Assembly (NCBI GenBank): GCA_051294375.1
Contig: CM119270.1
Location: 11,786,416 to 11,850,415, forward strand
DNA length: 64,000 nt
DNA from: Paraspadella gotoi
Lineage: Eukaryota; Animalia; Chaetognatha
Direction: 5' to 3'
Position 1 is the stretch's first letter; the number at the start of each line of letters is the position of its first letter. The notes beneath the pieces were generated by a model that saw only the letters and a program-made list of their open reading frames with translations, was not told the DNA's origin and made no database searches. Shown in pieces: positions 1-10,950 of the stretch. Position numbers and translations under genes: made by a program.

Positions 1-150
1 TTTTTTTCCTCTTTTCCTCGTTTTTTCTCCTTTTTCCTCTTTTCCTCCTTTTTTCTCCTTTTTCCTCCATTCATTTCATCCCATTTTTTCCTTGTTTTTT
101 CTACTCCGATTTTCCGATTATTCTCCACTTTCCACCATTTTCGCAGACAC

Positions 151-166
151 TCTCTCTCTCTCTCTC

Positions 167-249
<83 letters not shown>

Positions 250-257
250 CATCTCTC
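151..257 (+). repeat. (TC)n microsatellite
   Basis: Directly visible. One of dozens of GA/TC runs. Confidence 0.95.
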
Positions 258-1684
258 CCAATTGTCGCTTCTTTTTTCCTCCTTGACACTAACTGCTTCC
301 TTCACTTTTTTTATTCACTCTGTGGCGTCAACTGCCCTGGGGTTATATCTTATACGTCTCTTTTTCACCATCCCGAGTCGTTAGAAATTTATTCCACTTT
401 TATTCTATGTTCCAGCGACTAACGATACTAATTTAATTTATATAAACATTTAAAGGTTAATTAGATTAGCTTTTCACCCAATTAACTCTACTAACTCGCA
501 CACAACTCGACTCACCGATTCTCTTCACGTTCACCGACTCTTTCACCTTCGGGTCCATTCGACCCTCATATCGCCGGGTGACCTTATCATGTCCGATTGA
601 CCCTCTCCCTCGCCCGCCTCGCCCGCCCGCCTAGCCCTGTCGAGTCTCTCAAGTTTGCCGGACCCGTTTTCCTTTTCCAGACGTCCGCTACCTCTGGGAG
701 GGGGTGGGTATCCAGTTCAGATTTCCCCTCAAAAATTTCTCGTTCTGTGAAAGTTATATTTTTTAGTTAAGTGTATGCTTAATTTAATACCTGGCTGCAT
801 TATAGACAGATGTATTTAATTAGTATAGTTTCAAGCCTTGTAATTAAATGCTGCGTAGGACGATGGTCAATGGACCTGTTTAACGCGTAAGTGCCAACTT
901 AAAAAAAAAGGGTGTCTTATTTGGGTGTGAATAAATCGAGCGTTCACTGTACTTAGTAAAAGGAACATATATCGGGAATCGTTGCTACTTTTTCCTTCAC
1001 TTTTCTTTCCTTTTCTTCTCTTTTTTTTTAAATTCCGCTTCTCTTTTCCTCCCTTCGAGTTTTTGTTTTGTTCCGCCCAGGCGCTGACTTCACTAAGTCC
1101 AAGGTCTTTCGTTTTCTTCGCATTTTGCTCCGGTTTCTTAGGTTATTTCCTTTTTCCTTATTTCCCTCGTCCTCTTAATTTCTCTTAAATTGCCAGTTTT
1201 AATTTTCCTTATTTCATCTAGTTTTTTTTTCGCATCTACATTTTGCTTTGCTCGAGAATTAGTAGATCATTAGTCATGCACCGATGCTTGGAGTCATTAT
1301 CGCCCTCATCAACCTTTAACCTGGATATAAATTATTAAATTAAAACTTTATTGCGAGTTTATTCATGAATCTCTACGTCATTATCAGCAATAAGGATCTT
1401 ACGTGGATAAGAGCCTCTTCATACACTCAAGTGTCTCGTTACTTCCCACAGGGAGAACGGTCACACGGATCCCCTTTCTCGCGTTAGACCCCATTTAAGA
1501 TCCGCGTCTATACACGCCCCTTTCACGCCACAATTACCGGGCAATACGCGCCACTTTCGAGCCACACTCGCGCCAAGGTCGAGACAGACTCGTCTTGCAT
1601 AATCGCCCCATTACGAAATGCCTTTGATTTCATGAGTGAACCGGGGACGGGGAAAAAAGACGACGACGATGGCGACAGCAGCAA

Positions 1685-1685
<1 letters not shown>

Positions 1686-1731
<46 letters not shown>
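1686..1731 (+). repeat. (GAC)n microsatellite
   Basis: Directly visible. GAC/GTC runs recur across the window. Confidence 0.95.
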
Positions 1732-4689
1732 TTGAAGAGGAGATGGCGTCTTAGAAAAGAAAGTCGACTTTGGCGACGATGACGACTTTGAAGAGCTTGA
1801 CGGTCTCAGAAAATGGAAGAGGGTTCGAATAATTAGTTAAGTATAGTTGTATACAATATATGGTTGTATACAAGGTGCATATATACTAATCTAGTCCAAG
1901 CCTCAAGGAAAGAATATCAAAGTTAAAAACAGAGGGAGGGCGGCACTAAACAAGTAAAAGAGAGAGAGATTGAGAGAGAAAGAGAAAGCGAGAAAAAGAG
2001 AGCTCAGTAACCGGCTTGACTCCCGATCGCTTAAAACAATAAAAATCGTGCATTGACCCCGTGTCTTGGAAACCTTCGAAGCCACAAAACTTTTATCTTT
2101 GTCCTTTTGGCTGTTGCAACAGTTTGAAATGAGAGGTTTACGCCCTGGCACTTCCAACAGGAAGCGCGCAGCTTCCACAAAATCGGTGACAATAGCAACA
2201 CTTGACGTCTTTTGTTTTTCGATGAATCGAAACGGAAATGATTCGTCTCTCGCTCCGATGGACGAAATCGCTAGAGGGCAGGAGTCGAAACTCGATGCAA
2301 AAAAAGAGCGAGAGAATCAATTGTCTTTGACAAAAGGCAATCGCACGCTCCGTTTGAGAAGGAACGACGACGGCGATGAAGACGACTCGGATGCGCGCGG
2401 AGAAAAAAAGAAGTTGAGCCGAGAAAAAAAAAACAAAAGGGAAAGGATAAATCATAGACAGGAACGAAGGAGAAGAAAAATGAAGAAGTGTCAGTGAAAT
2501 AAATAAAAAGGGAAGGAAGAATGGATTCTGGAGAGTTTAGATTATCCAGAAAATTGTCGAAAAGAGAGCTAAAATAAATACAGAAAATAATATATCAACT
2601 GAATAATAAGGTTTTTGAGATTGCATAAAGTGAATAAAGTATCATTTTGTGACTCAAATCACATATAGAGATTTCACCACTCAACGGTTTGAATATATGT
2701 TTACAAACTGCTGAAAGAAAGTTTGAAGCGAGCCAACGAGTTCAGTTCAAAACAGCTGTCGATGTAAATACAGAAAAAAGGGATAAAGATAAAAAAGAGA
2801 AGAAGACAAGGACATCAGGACAAATCCGAACTCGTCAAGAGAATGTAATAACGATGATGAAAATTAAAGCAGACAATAAAACAGACAATGACGACGTTTA
2901 CATAATACTCCTGATAAAGAAAGCAAGAGAAACTAACAATGATATACCGGCAACGTCTAAAAAAAGAATTAGAAACTAATGACACAAATTAATGAATCGT
3001 AATATAAATTATAGATTCAGAGGACTAAGATGACTAAGAGAACGACAACAACAACGACAACAACGACGACGACGACGACACAAACGTCTCTTCTCATCTC
3101 CGGACGCGAAGGAAGAAACCATGAGCCGAGAAGGAATTCGAGTGTCTGGGGATGTCAGAGGAGATCATGATGATGATAGATCATGATGAAGAGGTTAAGA
3201 TGATTTACGATGATGATGAGAATTAATTTTAATATTTATAATATCTAAATGACAAATATAAATTAAAAATTATGGAAATGATTAAAAATATGTACTTATG
3301 TTTTATAAGATATAAGAAATAAGTATCGATAAACCAATGATGAAGTTAGCTACATACATATTAAATAATCGACGGATCGGAGTTTCAAGGCGAGCGAGAT
3401 ATATAAACGACTGAAAGGCGAGAATTGATGTCCGTCTAACGATGCCCCCTTTGCCCATTGCGAAGGTGGCATCCAAGGCTTAAATGGCGTTAACAACGTC
3501 AACTATTATATAACGACCGGGATCGTTGGTCGATGACGACGACGACGACCAAAACGAAAACGAAAGGGAAAACAGAGAAAGCTACGTAGGAAAACGACCG
3601 GATCTCGTTCAAAGGGAGAAGACGATGACAACGATGAGGAAGTCAACCAAATCACGACGACGACGACGACGACGACGACGAAAAAGACGACAACGACGAC
3701 GATCTAAGAAGGAATCCTCGGGTCTTGGGACGCGAGGCCTCGCAACGATCGCCTTGGGCTGGACGCTGCAGCGTCTGAGGCGGGGCGTGCTTCCGCGGCC
3801 GTCGGGCTGACGCTGCTGCCGACGCTTTGGTACGCGGTTTTGCGGTCGCCTGCTGCGGCGGCGTCTGCGGCGTCAGCTGCCGTTCCTGCGGAGGCAGTTT
3901 CCGTCGAGGGCGTCGAATGGCGAAGAAATCACCCGCCCCGACGTCTTCACTCGTTCGCCTCACCCACCTCACACCCGCCAAGACTCGATCCACCAATAAC
4001 TACCCTATCTTTCCACCTCGCATCCCTGTCTCTTCCTCCCCCAACCTTCTATCTTCTGGAGTCAGACAGATAAAAAGAAAAGAAAAATAAAAAGGGAGAA
4101 GAAAAAAAAAATACGAAAAGAAGCTGATATCAATTTTGACTCGGGGAAAATTTTCTTCTTTTTATTTTCTTGCAAATTCTGCGAGTAAAAGATGAAAACT
4201 TGGAAGAAGGGAAAGTGTGATCTGTAAGGAGAAAGAATGAAAAAAAAGGAAAAAGGAGGAAAGGGAGAGAGAGGAAAGAAAGAAAGAAAAAACTGAAACT
4301 GAAAAACTAAGACGTTAAAACTGGGAGGAATATAATTATAAAACAAAAAGGAAAGGAGGAAAAACGAAAAATTATGAGGATAACAATGATGTATTGGGAA
4401 GAGAAAGGAAACAGAGAAGAAAAGATAAAAGGAAGACAAACATTAGTAGAGAGGAAAAAACCGGGGATGGAAAGTAGAAAGAAGGAAAATAAAGAAGAAA
4501 AAAAACAGAGAAAAGAATGAGAAGAAATATAAGCTCCGTCTGAGTAAAAAGGAGGAAAGAGGAAAGACCGAAAAGGGAATAAAAAATGTACATCAAAAAA
4601 AAAGGAAAGATGGAAATGGTTAACTTCGTATCATTGGAGGTTTGAAGGTTTTACGATATGAAGGATTAAAAATGGAGACGGAAAGAAGG

Positions 4690-4940
4690 AAAAAGAGATA
4701 CAGATGAAAATATGAACGGCGGGCGGGAGAGGAGAAAGATGGCGCTGCATGAAAATACAGATGGAGATGAATGAAAATGCCGATGGCGCTGCATGAAAAT
4801 ACAGAATGCGGTGCAAAAAAATACCGATGTTGATGGATTAAAATACAGATTACGGTCCATGAAAATAGAGACGACATTGCAAAAAAAAGATGGCAGTGAA
4901 AGAAAATACAGAGAGAGTCGGCTGTAAATACAGATGGTGC
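4690..4940 (+). repeat. Degenerate minisatellite (core gaaaatacagatgg / atggcgctgcatgaaaatacaga)
   Basis: The core recurs about 8 times with irregular spacing. Confidence 0.6.
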
Positions 4941-5196
4941 ATTTGTGAAAAAGGCGACGAATGAAAATGAAAGTTAAGCAATAGAAATGCAAAATAAAGT
5001 AGAGACGAAACTGATCGGCGGAGAGTGGAGGCCGAGGGCTTCTGTGAAAAATTGGGTGTTTCGATAAAAATGTGTGAATAAATAAATTTTGAGGTCCTTA
5101 ATTCTCCTTCGGCACGTTCACGATCTTCACAAAGGCGAAACAATTTAATACCGAACTCTCTCAACTTATGGGATTCGCTTATAGAAACAATAGACA

Positions 5197-5284
5197 TTGG
5201 GCGTTCTGAATTGGGCTTTCTGAATTGGGCGTTCTGATTTGGGCGTTCTGAATTGGGCGTTCTGAATTGGGCGTTTTGAAATTG
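5197..5284 (+). repeat. 14-bp tandem repeat (ttgggcgttctgaa) x6
   Basis: Directly visible. Confidence 0.95.
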
Positions 5285-5380
5285 TGATTAAAGGTAAAAG
5301 TTATATCATTGACCTCTGTGTACGCTGTACAAAAACCTTTATTACAGTTGACCCATTCACGCGGGTCACCCATGAGTATT

Positions 5381-5433
5381 CCCATCCCCATCCCCATCCC
5401 CAAACCCATCCCCATCCCATCCCCATCCCATCC
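5381..5433 (+). repeat. (CCCATC)n hexamer repeat
   Basis: Directly visible. The minus strand is G-rich. Confidence 0.9.
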
Positions 5434-5504
5434 CCGACCCTTCGTCGACACGTGACGTCGTGACCTGAGACTCGACTGATTTTCTCTCTCTCTCTCTCTC
5501 TCCT

Positions 5505-5563
<59 letters not shown>

Positions 5564-6864
5564 CTGATTTTTTCTCGTTTCAGACTCGACCCCATCTCTC
5601 GCCCGGCGAACTCAGTCATTTTCTGACCCCACCCACGTCATTTTGGATCGATGACTGCTCAACCCAACAGACTCCCGCCCCCCAACTCCCCCCCCATCCG
5701 CCGCGCTTAGCCTAACCTCGCTTATCTTGCATGGAGCAGCTCTCTTTCCACTTAAGTCTCCCTCGAGGTAAATAGCGTCCGTCGTCGTCGTCGTCGTCGT
5801 CTTTTCTTCCTCATCGTCGTCGGCAGCCATGACGTATTCGTGTATTTCCCAGTCTTTTCCAACAGTCGTTTTCGTCGTCGTGATCGTCATCATTGTCGTC
5901 GTCGTTTTCGTCGTCGTTATCGTCGTCGTCGCCATTTTTTTCTACCGGTCATCAGGTTGTTCATAATCGCGATCTTTGACTCTGACCGCGATTTCTATGC
6001 ATACCTCCGTCGTCCATCGTGCGAGGCGGCGTCTCCCGTTTTATGCGCCCTTCCTGGCCTCGAGGTCGAAGAGTTGAAAAGGGTCAGGGCAATGCGGCAA
6101 TGCCGTCTTGTGGCGATGGATCGCGTTCTGAAAAGTTGGGGCATATTTTTTGTTTATTGTTTTTGTAATTCCTGCTTTTTATAAAATAGTACAAAGTGAG
6201 GGTGTATTATTATTTATTGACATTTTTTATTGATTATTAGGTCCGTATGTATTAGAAAACTTTGTTTTCTCTCAGAAAATTTTCGGAATAATTTTTCTTA
6301 GTTGCACCTCACAAAACTAAAAGGCTAGAACAAATATTAATGAATGAGAATACATAAATAGTAGCAGCAGCAGCAGGAGCAGCAAAACAACAACAACAAT
6401 AAAAACAACACCAACAAAAACAACAATAAAAACAACAACAACAACAACCCTCGTTAGCAAATCGAAAAATGGAATCGATGATTTCCTCGACGACAAAAAC
6501 ATTTTTCGTTGTGAATCGAGAAATCGAGTCAAGAAAATTCTGAATATTGAAAATTCAAAACTCATCCTCCGCTTAATCTGCATAAAAATTGTTGCCTCGT
6601 TTCAGACTTCGATTGAGTTTTGATGATGAGGTGACGATGCGATCAAAGACGCGATGCGAACAAAGATTAAGCCTTGTGCTAACGAAAGTAATCAAAGCGT
6701 TTATACAGTTAACATTTTATTTTGAAAACCAAATTATATGCGACTGAAAAATATAACGTGTTTATACTTAATGTATTTATTCAATTAATTTGATGCGTAT
6801 TTATGTATTTGATTAGGTTGTACTGTGGCAGCAAGACTTAAAGCTGCCTCACTGCTGTCAGTCC

Positions 6865-7085
6865 TCAGCCTCGTCTCAATGGCTGAGCAGGCTAAATCAT
6901 CTCATTCCATCTGTGCGTCCCGGGTTCAATCCCTGGCTATCCCGGTTCTGGCTTAAATGTGACGGTGCCGGTATAAACATGCCAGTGACAGGAGGCGGTC
7001 ACTGAGGGTCCGCATCCCCTACTCCAGTTGGTGAGATACCCCGCGCCCCGGGTATCACAGGCTATCCTCCCGTTGCCATAGTACG
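6865..7085 (+). mobile_element. tRNA-derived SINE-like element
   Basis: Pol III A-box-like TGGCTGAGCAGG (6880-6891) and B-box GGTTCAATCC (6923-6932) inside a T-arm-like stem (cccgg gttcaatc cctgg), followed by a ~150-nt GC-rich body in AT-rich flanks. No intact cloverleaf. Boundaries approximate. Confidence 0.6.
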
Positions 7086-7586
7086 TTAATTTGGATCATA
7101 GACTAAATTCGTTAAATTCGTTTGTATTTATCGGTTGCTTCGTCTTTCTGTCTTTTTATCTGTCCCCTTTTTAGCATTATTCTCTAGTTCTGTATCATCC
7201 ATTTTTATTCAAAAAAATACTATTTGAAGTTAAAGTGAATTTTAAATAATAACTCGTCCATTTTTATTTCCGAAGATCGTTCTCGACGACCGTCAGACCG
7301 ACGAAGTCGTTAGGAATTGTCTGGAAAAGAAAACAGAGATCGTTTAAAGTCGGATTTTACCGAATTTTAATAAATTAAAAACAATAAACTTCGAAAATCG
7401 TCGCCCGACTCTGAATTCATTATCTATGGAGCGGGGAAATCTGAAGAAAGAAAGCTGGATCCCTTCGAAGGTCAATTATGTGTGGGTGACGACAGTATCG
7501 GTCGGGATGGTGGGCGCCCTCGCGCCGCTGTGGGCTCTCATTACGATGCGCATGCGAGGAATTTTATATGGTTTAAAATGAGATGG

Positions 7587-7593
7587 TATAAAA
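7587..7593 (+). promoter_or_regulatory. Candidate TATA box of the lectin gene
   Basis: TATAAAA 48 nt upstream of the ATG at 7635. The AT-rich context makes a chance match possible. Confidence 0.4.
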
Positions 7594-7634
7594 TTAATTT
7601 GGTTCGGCTAAAGGAAGCTCGCCCGGGACGAACA

Positions 7635-7704
7635 ATGAAATCAACGGTTGCACTGGCGCTGAGAATCGCTTTCCTTTTGCAAGTCGCTTTCGCTTTTTCC
7701 CAAG
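7635..7704 (+). CDS. Lectin gene exon 1: signal peptide MKSTVALALRIAFLLQVAFAFSQ
   Basis: acaATG start, basic n-region and hydrophobic core, donor AAG|gtaatg (phase 1). Confidence 0.8.
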
Positions 7705-9083
7705 GTAATGGAAGCCGCTGTAATGTAGTCGGTGAAGAGACAGTAATTATTGTTATGTGTTAGTGACAGAACCGTTCAATATAAGCAGTCCCTGAGCTTC
7801 GGATCAGGCTGTAACTCCATGTTACAGGCGGGTTAAGCGCCCCGTCCCTCTTAACTGCCAGACGACCACCGGGCTAGAAACCCGGACCTTTGGGTTGGGA
7901 GGCGATTGACTTGTCTCCGGCACCAATGGCCGCTGATGAACGGTTGGTGGATTTTAGTCCACCATATCGATATCATTCTTCTGTATTCCTTTCCTTTCTT
8001 TTATTTTCATGTTTCATTTTCCTCTCCTCTTAAATATTCAGCGATGCCCGTACAAAAAAAAATCAATCGCGCCAAAGACGTCTCTGCCGTCTCTGCTCTG
8101 CAGCTTATCGAGTCGGTGCGGCGGACGATACTGCAGCAGCGCGAGGAGTTGAAGCGTTTGAGAGCCTTCGCGGGGAGATCGAGTGAGCATAAAGATTACT
8201 AAGAGCCAATAACTGACATCGACTCAATTAAATGCCGTCAAAGCATAAACGAGCCCTGTTGATGGAAAAAGAAAAAAAAAAGTCATCTTTCTTTCTTAAT
8301 AACTGACTTGGCATTCCTTCAAGTTTTTATTCGTTTTCTATCTTGAATCACATCACTTTTTTTTTATTATTTATTTTTCTTCCAGCTTTTCTTCTATTTG
8401 CCTTTTTTTAAATTTTTTTTCTTTTTATTCACTACATACTTTCTTTCTCTCTCGCTTTTTTCCTCCTTCTTTCTTTTCTCCCCCATTTTTTTCTCCATTT
8501 CTATTATTTATCTTTTTTCCCTCCCACTGTTTATTTCTCTATTTTTCTTTCTATCCCCTTAACGACTTCCAGGGTCGGACGAAGCCTCGGCTTTGGAAAC
8601 ACGAGGAGGTCGAAATCCTTTCGAGAAAAAAGGTTTTTTTAAAAATCGTATTATAACTAAATTGTTGATATGAAATAATACATGAATTTATAATTAGTTA
8701 AAATGTATAATTTTTTACGTATTTTTTTCTATTGACTTTTCCTCTCTCGCCCCCAGGGCGGCGTACGAGAGCGAGGGACGCTGCCGCCGCCGCCGCTTCC
8801 GGCGCCGCGGCGGGAAAAACCGCGGCCGAAACCGCAGTCAAGACCGCGGCCGATCCTGCGGGTAAATCTGTGGGCGAATCCGCCTTCGTTAATGCGAAAA
8901 TAACTTTGGGGGGAAGGAAGAAGGATAAGGCTGTGGGCGCTGCTCTACTCGTAAGTGGGGGAAAAGCTGTGGGCGAATCTTTGGAAACAACAGTGAACAA
9001 AAATAGGGGGAAGAAGGCCGGAGGTGGAACCGGAGCCGACTCACCGGAGGAAGGTGGGCTTTTCCTTTGAAAAAAGGGGGATT

Positions 9084-9137
<54 letters not shown>

Positions 9138-9662
9138 CAAGAAAGAAGAGCTATTTCTCAATTTCTATTAGCAGTGGCAACACAACCGTCCGAATGGTAC
9201 ACTGATGTCAACGAAAAGCTCAATTTATTTGATAAAGGTGATTATAGTCAAATCAGCTTCATAGAAACTAACTAACGTTTGATGTTAAAAGAATAACTAA
9301 CATTTTCAATCACTCTCTTTTCTCCAGGACAGCGTTCAAGAGCAAAGGATGCTGCTGCCGCCGCTGCTGTCACTAACGCCGTGGCGGGAAAAACCGCAGC
9401 CAAAACCGCAGTCAAGACCGCTGCCGATCCTGCGGGTAAATCTGTGGGTGAATCTGCCGGCGTTAATGCGGGAATAGCTGTGGGGGGAAGTAAGAAGTAT
9501 AAGGCTGTGGGCGCGGCTTTAACTGTAAGTGGGGGAAAAGCTGTGGGCGAATCTTTCGAAACAACAGTGAACAAAAATAGGGGGAAGAAGGCCGGAGGTG
9601 GAACCGGAGCCGACTCACCGGAGGAAGGTGGGCTTTTCATTTGAAAAAAGGGGGATTGAGAG

Positions 9663-9711
<49 letters not shown>

Positions 9712-10272
9712 GAGAGAGAGGCAAGAAAGAAGAGATATTTCTTAATTTATATTAGCAGTGGCAACACAACCGCCTGAATGGTACGCTGATGTCAACGAAA
9801 AACTCAAGTTATTTGATAAAGGTGATTGTAATCAAATCAGCTTCATAGAAACTAACTAACGTTTGACGTTAAAAGAATAAATAACGTTTCCGTTTTCAAT
9901 CACTGCGGTTCTCTCTCTCTCTTTCTCTCTCTCTCTATTTTCCTTAAGATTGATCTACTTTTAAATAGTTGTCATAACTTTTAATCTTTAATAATCAAAC
10001 ATATGTCCGCCCAACGCCAACGCCAGCCTATCACGGGATTTACTTTCCTCTCGAACCCACCTACCACGACGGAACTCACTACATCGTTTTGGGCATCTAC
10101 GGCTCCTTCGATCAATTGAAACACAGATGCAACAGCGTTGGCAGCGGATTGGCCACCTTTAAAAATAAGAAGCAACTGGCTGACGTCGCTAAGTGGGTGG
10201 AAATGGAGATAAATGAAATGAATGGAATTAATTTAGATTGAACTTGTTTGTGGAGCGACGGAATGTCGAATG

Positions 10273-10366
<94 letters not shown>

Positions 10367-10950
10367 CAAGAAAGAAATAAAGATAACCGGGCGAAAAGAA
10401 AATGAAACATAAATGGAAGAATGAATAATAATTGAGTTTCATGTTTCGGCAGCCGATTAAAGACACGGTTCACTTTTCCTGGCGACGATTTTTTCTTCAT
10501 CGGATTGAACTATGAAAACCTGAAATGGAAATGGCTCGACGGGTCGCCGGTACATTTGAATGGCTTAATGGAAAAAGCTTGTTTGGGGTTAAGCTTGATG
10601 GTTCAAATTTGTAATGCATATGCTCTTTACGATGACTTAATTTTGCGAGATTGCTAAGTAAAAAAGCCTCTCCGACATTCGTTCGATGATGAGAGGCATT
10701 TTAAAAACCCTCTTCTCGTAATTTCGGAATGACAAGAATTGGAATCGGGAAACTAAAAGGCCAATGATAAATATTTCGCCAATAGCCGGACTCCCATCCC
10801 CCATTGCAGGGTCCACCGTCTGATTGGTTCTTGCCGAAATACACCAAAGACCCGATTCAAAATCCCTGCGCCGGGATGTTTTCCACCGCTGTTGGTTTGG
10901 GAAACGCTGACGGGAAATACTATTGGCGCGCGGTTTGTAACGCCCAATGA
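7635..10950 (+). CDS. Spliced 7-exon gene: secreted protein with duplicated Ala/Gly/Lys-rich repeats and a C-terminal C-type lectin-like domain (~403 aa)
   Basis: Hand-assembled exons 7635-7704, 8042-8182, 8757-9053, 9328-9627, 10027-10192, 10453-10549, 10810-10950. All introns are GT..AG, phases 1,1,1,1,2,0 are mutually consistent, and the total of 1212 nt is open to TGA. CTLD motifs: SFDQLKHRC..GSGLATF, FFIGL, WKWLDGSP, C..M, terminal AVC. Confidence 0.85.
7785..7932 (-). mobile_element. tRNA(Gly)-like SINE head and body in intron 1 of the lectin gene
   Basis: Minus strand ccattggtg...tcgcctccca...gtccgggtttctagcccgg resembles eukaryotic tRNA-Gly (GCATTGGTG...TCGCCTCCCA...CCCGGGTTCAATTCCCGG, recalled from memory). 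D-arm and B-box are degenerate. Confidence 0.5.
8042..8182 (+). CDS. Lectin gene exon 2: coiled-coil-like segment (AMPVQKKINRAKDVSAVSALQLIESVRRTILQQREELKRLRAFAGRS)
   Basis: Long pyrimidine tract and ttcag acceptor, donor A|gtgagc, 141 nt, phase 1-1. Confidence 0.8.
8757..9053 (+). CDS. Lectin gene exon 3: Ala/Gly/Lys-rich repeat unit 1 (RRRTRARDAAAAAASGAAAGKTAAETAVKTAADPAGKSVGES...DSPEE)
   Basis: Acceptor cctctctcgcccccag, donor GAAG|gtgggc, 297 nt, phase 1-1. An alternative internal phase-1 donor (GCGG|gtaaat near 8861) exists. Confidence 0.75.
9328..9627 (+). CDS. Lectin gene exon 4: Ala/Gly/Lys-rich repeat unit 2 (GQRSRAKDAAAAAAVTNAVAGKTAAKTAVKTAADPAGKSVGES...DSPEE)
   Basis: Acceptor ctcttttctccag, donor GAAG|gtgggc, 300 nt, phase 1-1. 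Paralogue of exon 3 with the frame preserved. Confidence 0.75.
10027..10192 (+). CDS. Lectin gene exon 5: CTLD N-terminal part (AYHGIYFPLEPTYHDGTHYIVLGIYGSFDQLKHRCNSVGSGLATFKNKKQLADVA)
   Basis: Uses the only AG after the last in-frame stop (cgccag, weak pyrimidine tract). Donor AA|gtgggt. Matches the CTLD beta1-alpha1-LA-alpha2 pattern. Confidence 0.8.
10272..10377 (+). repeat. (GAAA)n microsatellite in intron 5 of the lectin gene
   Basis: Directly visible. Confidence 0.95.
10453..10549 (+). CDS. Lectin gene exon 6: CTLD WIGL-type segment (NRLKTRFTFPGDDFFFIGLNYENLKWKWLDGSP)
   Basis: FIGL and WKWLDGS are hallmark CTLD motifs. Acceptor tttcggcag (phase 2), donor CCG|gtacat (phase 0). Confidence 0.88.
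10810..10950 (+). CDS. Lectin gene exon 7: CTLD C-terminal part (GPPSDWFLPKYTKDPIQNPCAGMFSTAVGLGNADGKYYWRAVCNAQ*)
   Basis: Acceptor cccattgcag (phase 0). W, C..M and the terminal xVC lie at CTLD-like spacing, followed by TGA. Confidence 0.85.
   Translation, partial: GPPSDWFLPKYTKDPIQNPCAGMFSTAVGLGNADGKYYWRAVCNAQ

Larger units (their letters stand above)
8740..9900 (+). repeat. Tandem duplication (~570-bp unit: Ala-rich exon, GA microsatellite and intron)
   Basis: 8757-9310 and 9328-9900 are near-identical, including the intronic block gcagtggcaacacaacc...gcttcatagaaactaactaacgtttga. Confidence 0.95.

Noticed and set aside
5381-5433. Interstitial telomere repeat
   Set aside because: The unit is GATGGG/CCCATC, not TTAGGG or TTAGG.
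6865-6945. Functional tRNA gene
   Set aside because: A and B boxes are present, but I could not fold acceptor and anticodon stems and there is no poly-T terminator right after. Better read as a SINE head.
9949-9953. Alternative terminal exon after tccttaag (D then stop), truncating the protein before the lectin domain
   Set aside because: The acceptor looks plausible, but it adds one residue while three intact CTLD exons follow. It cannot be supported without transcripts.
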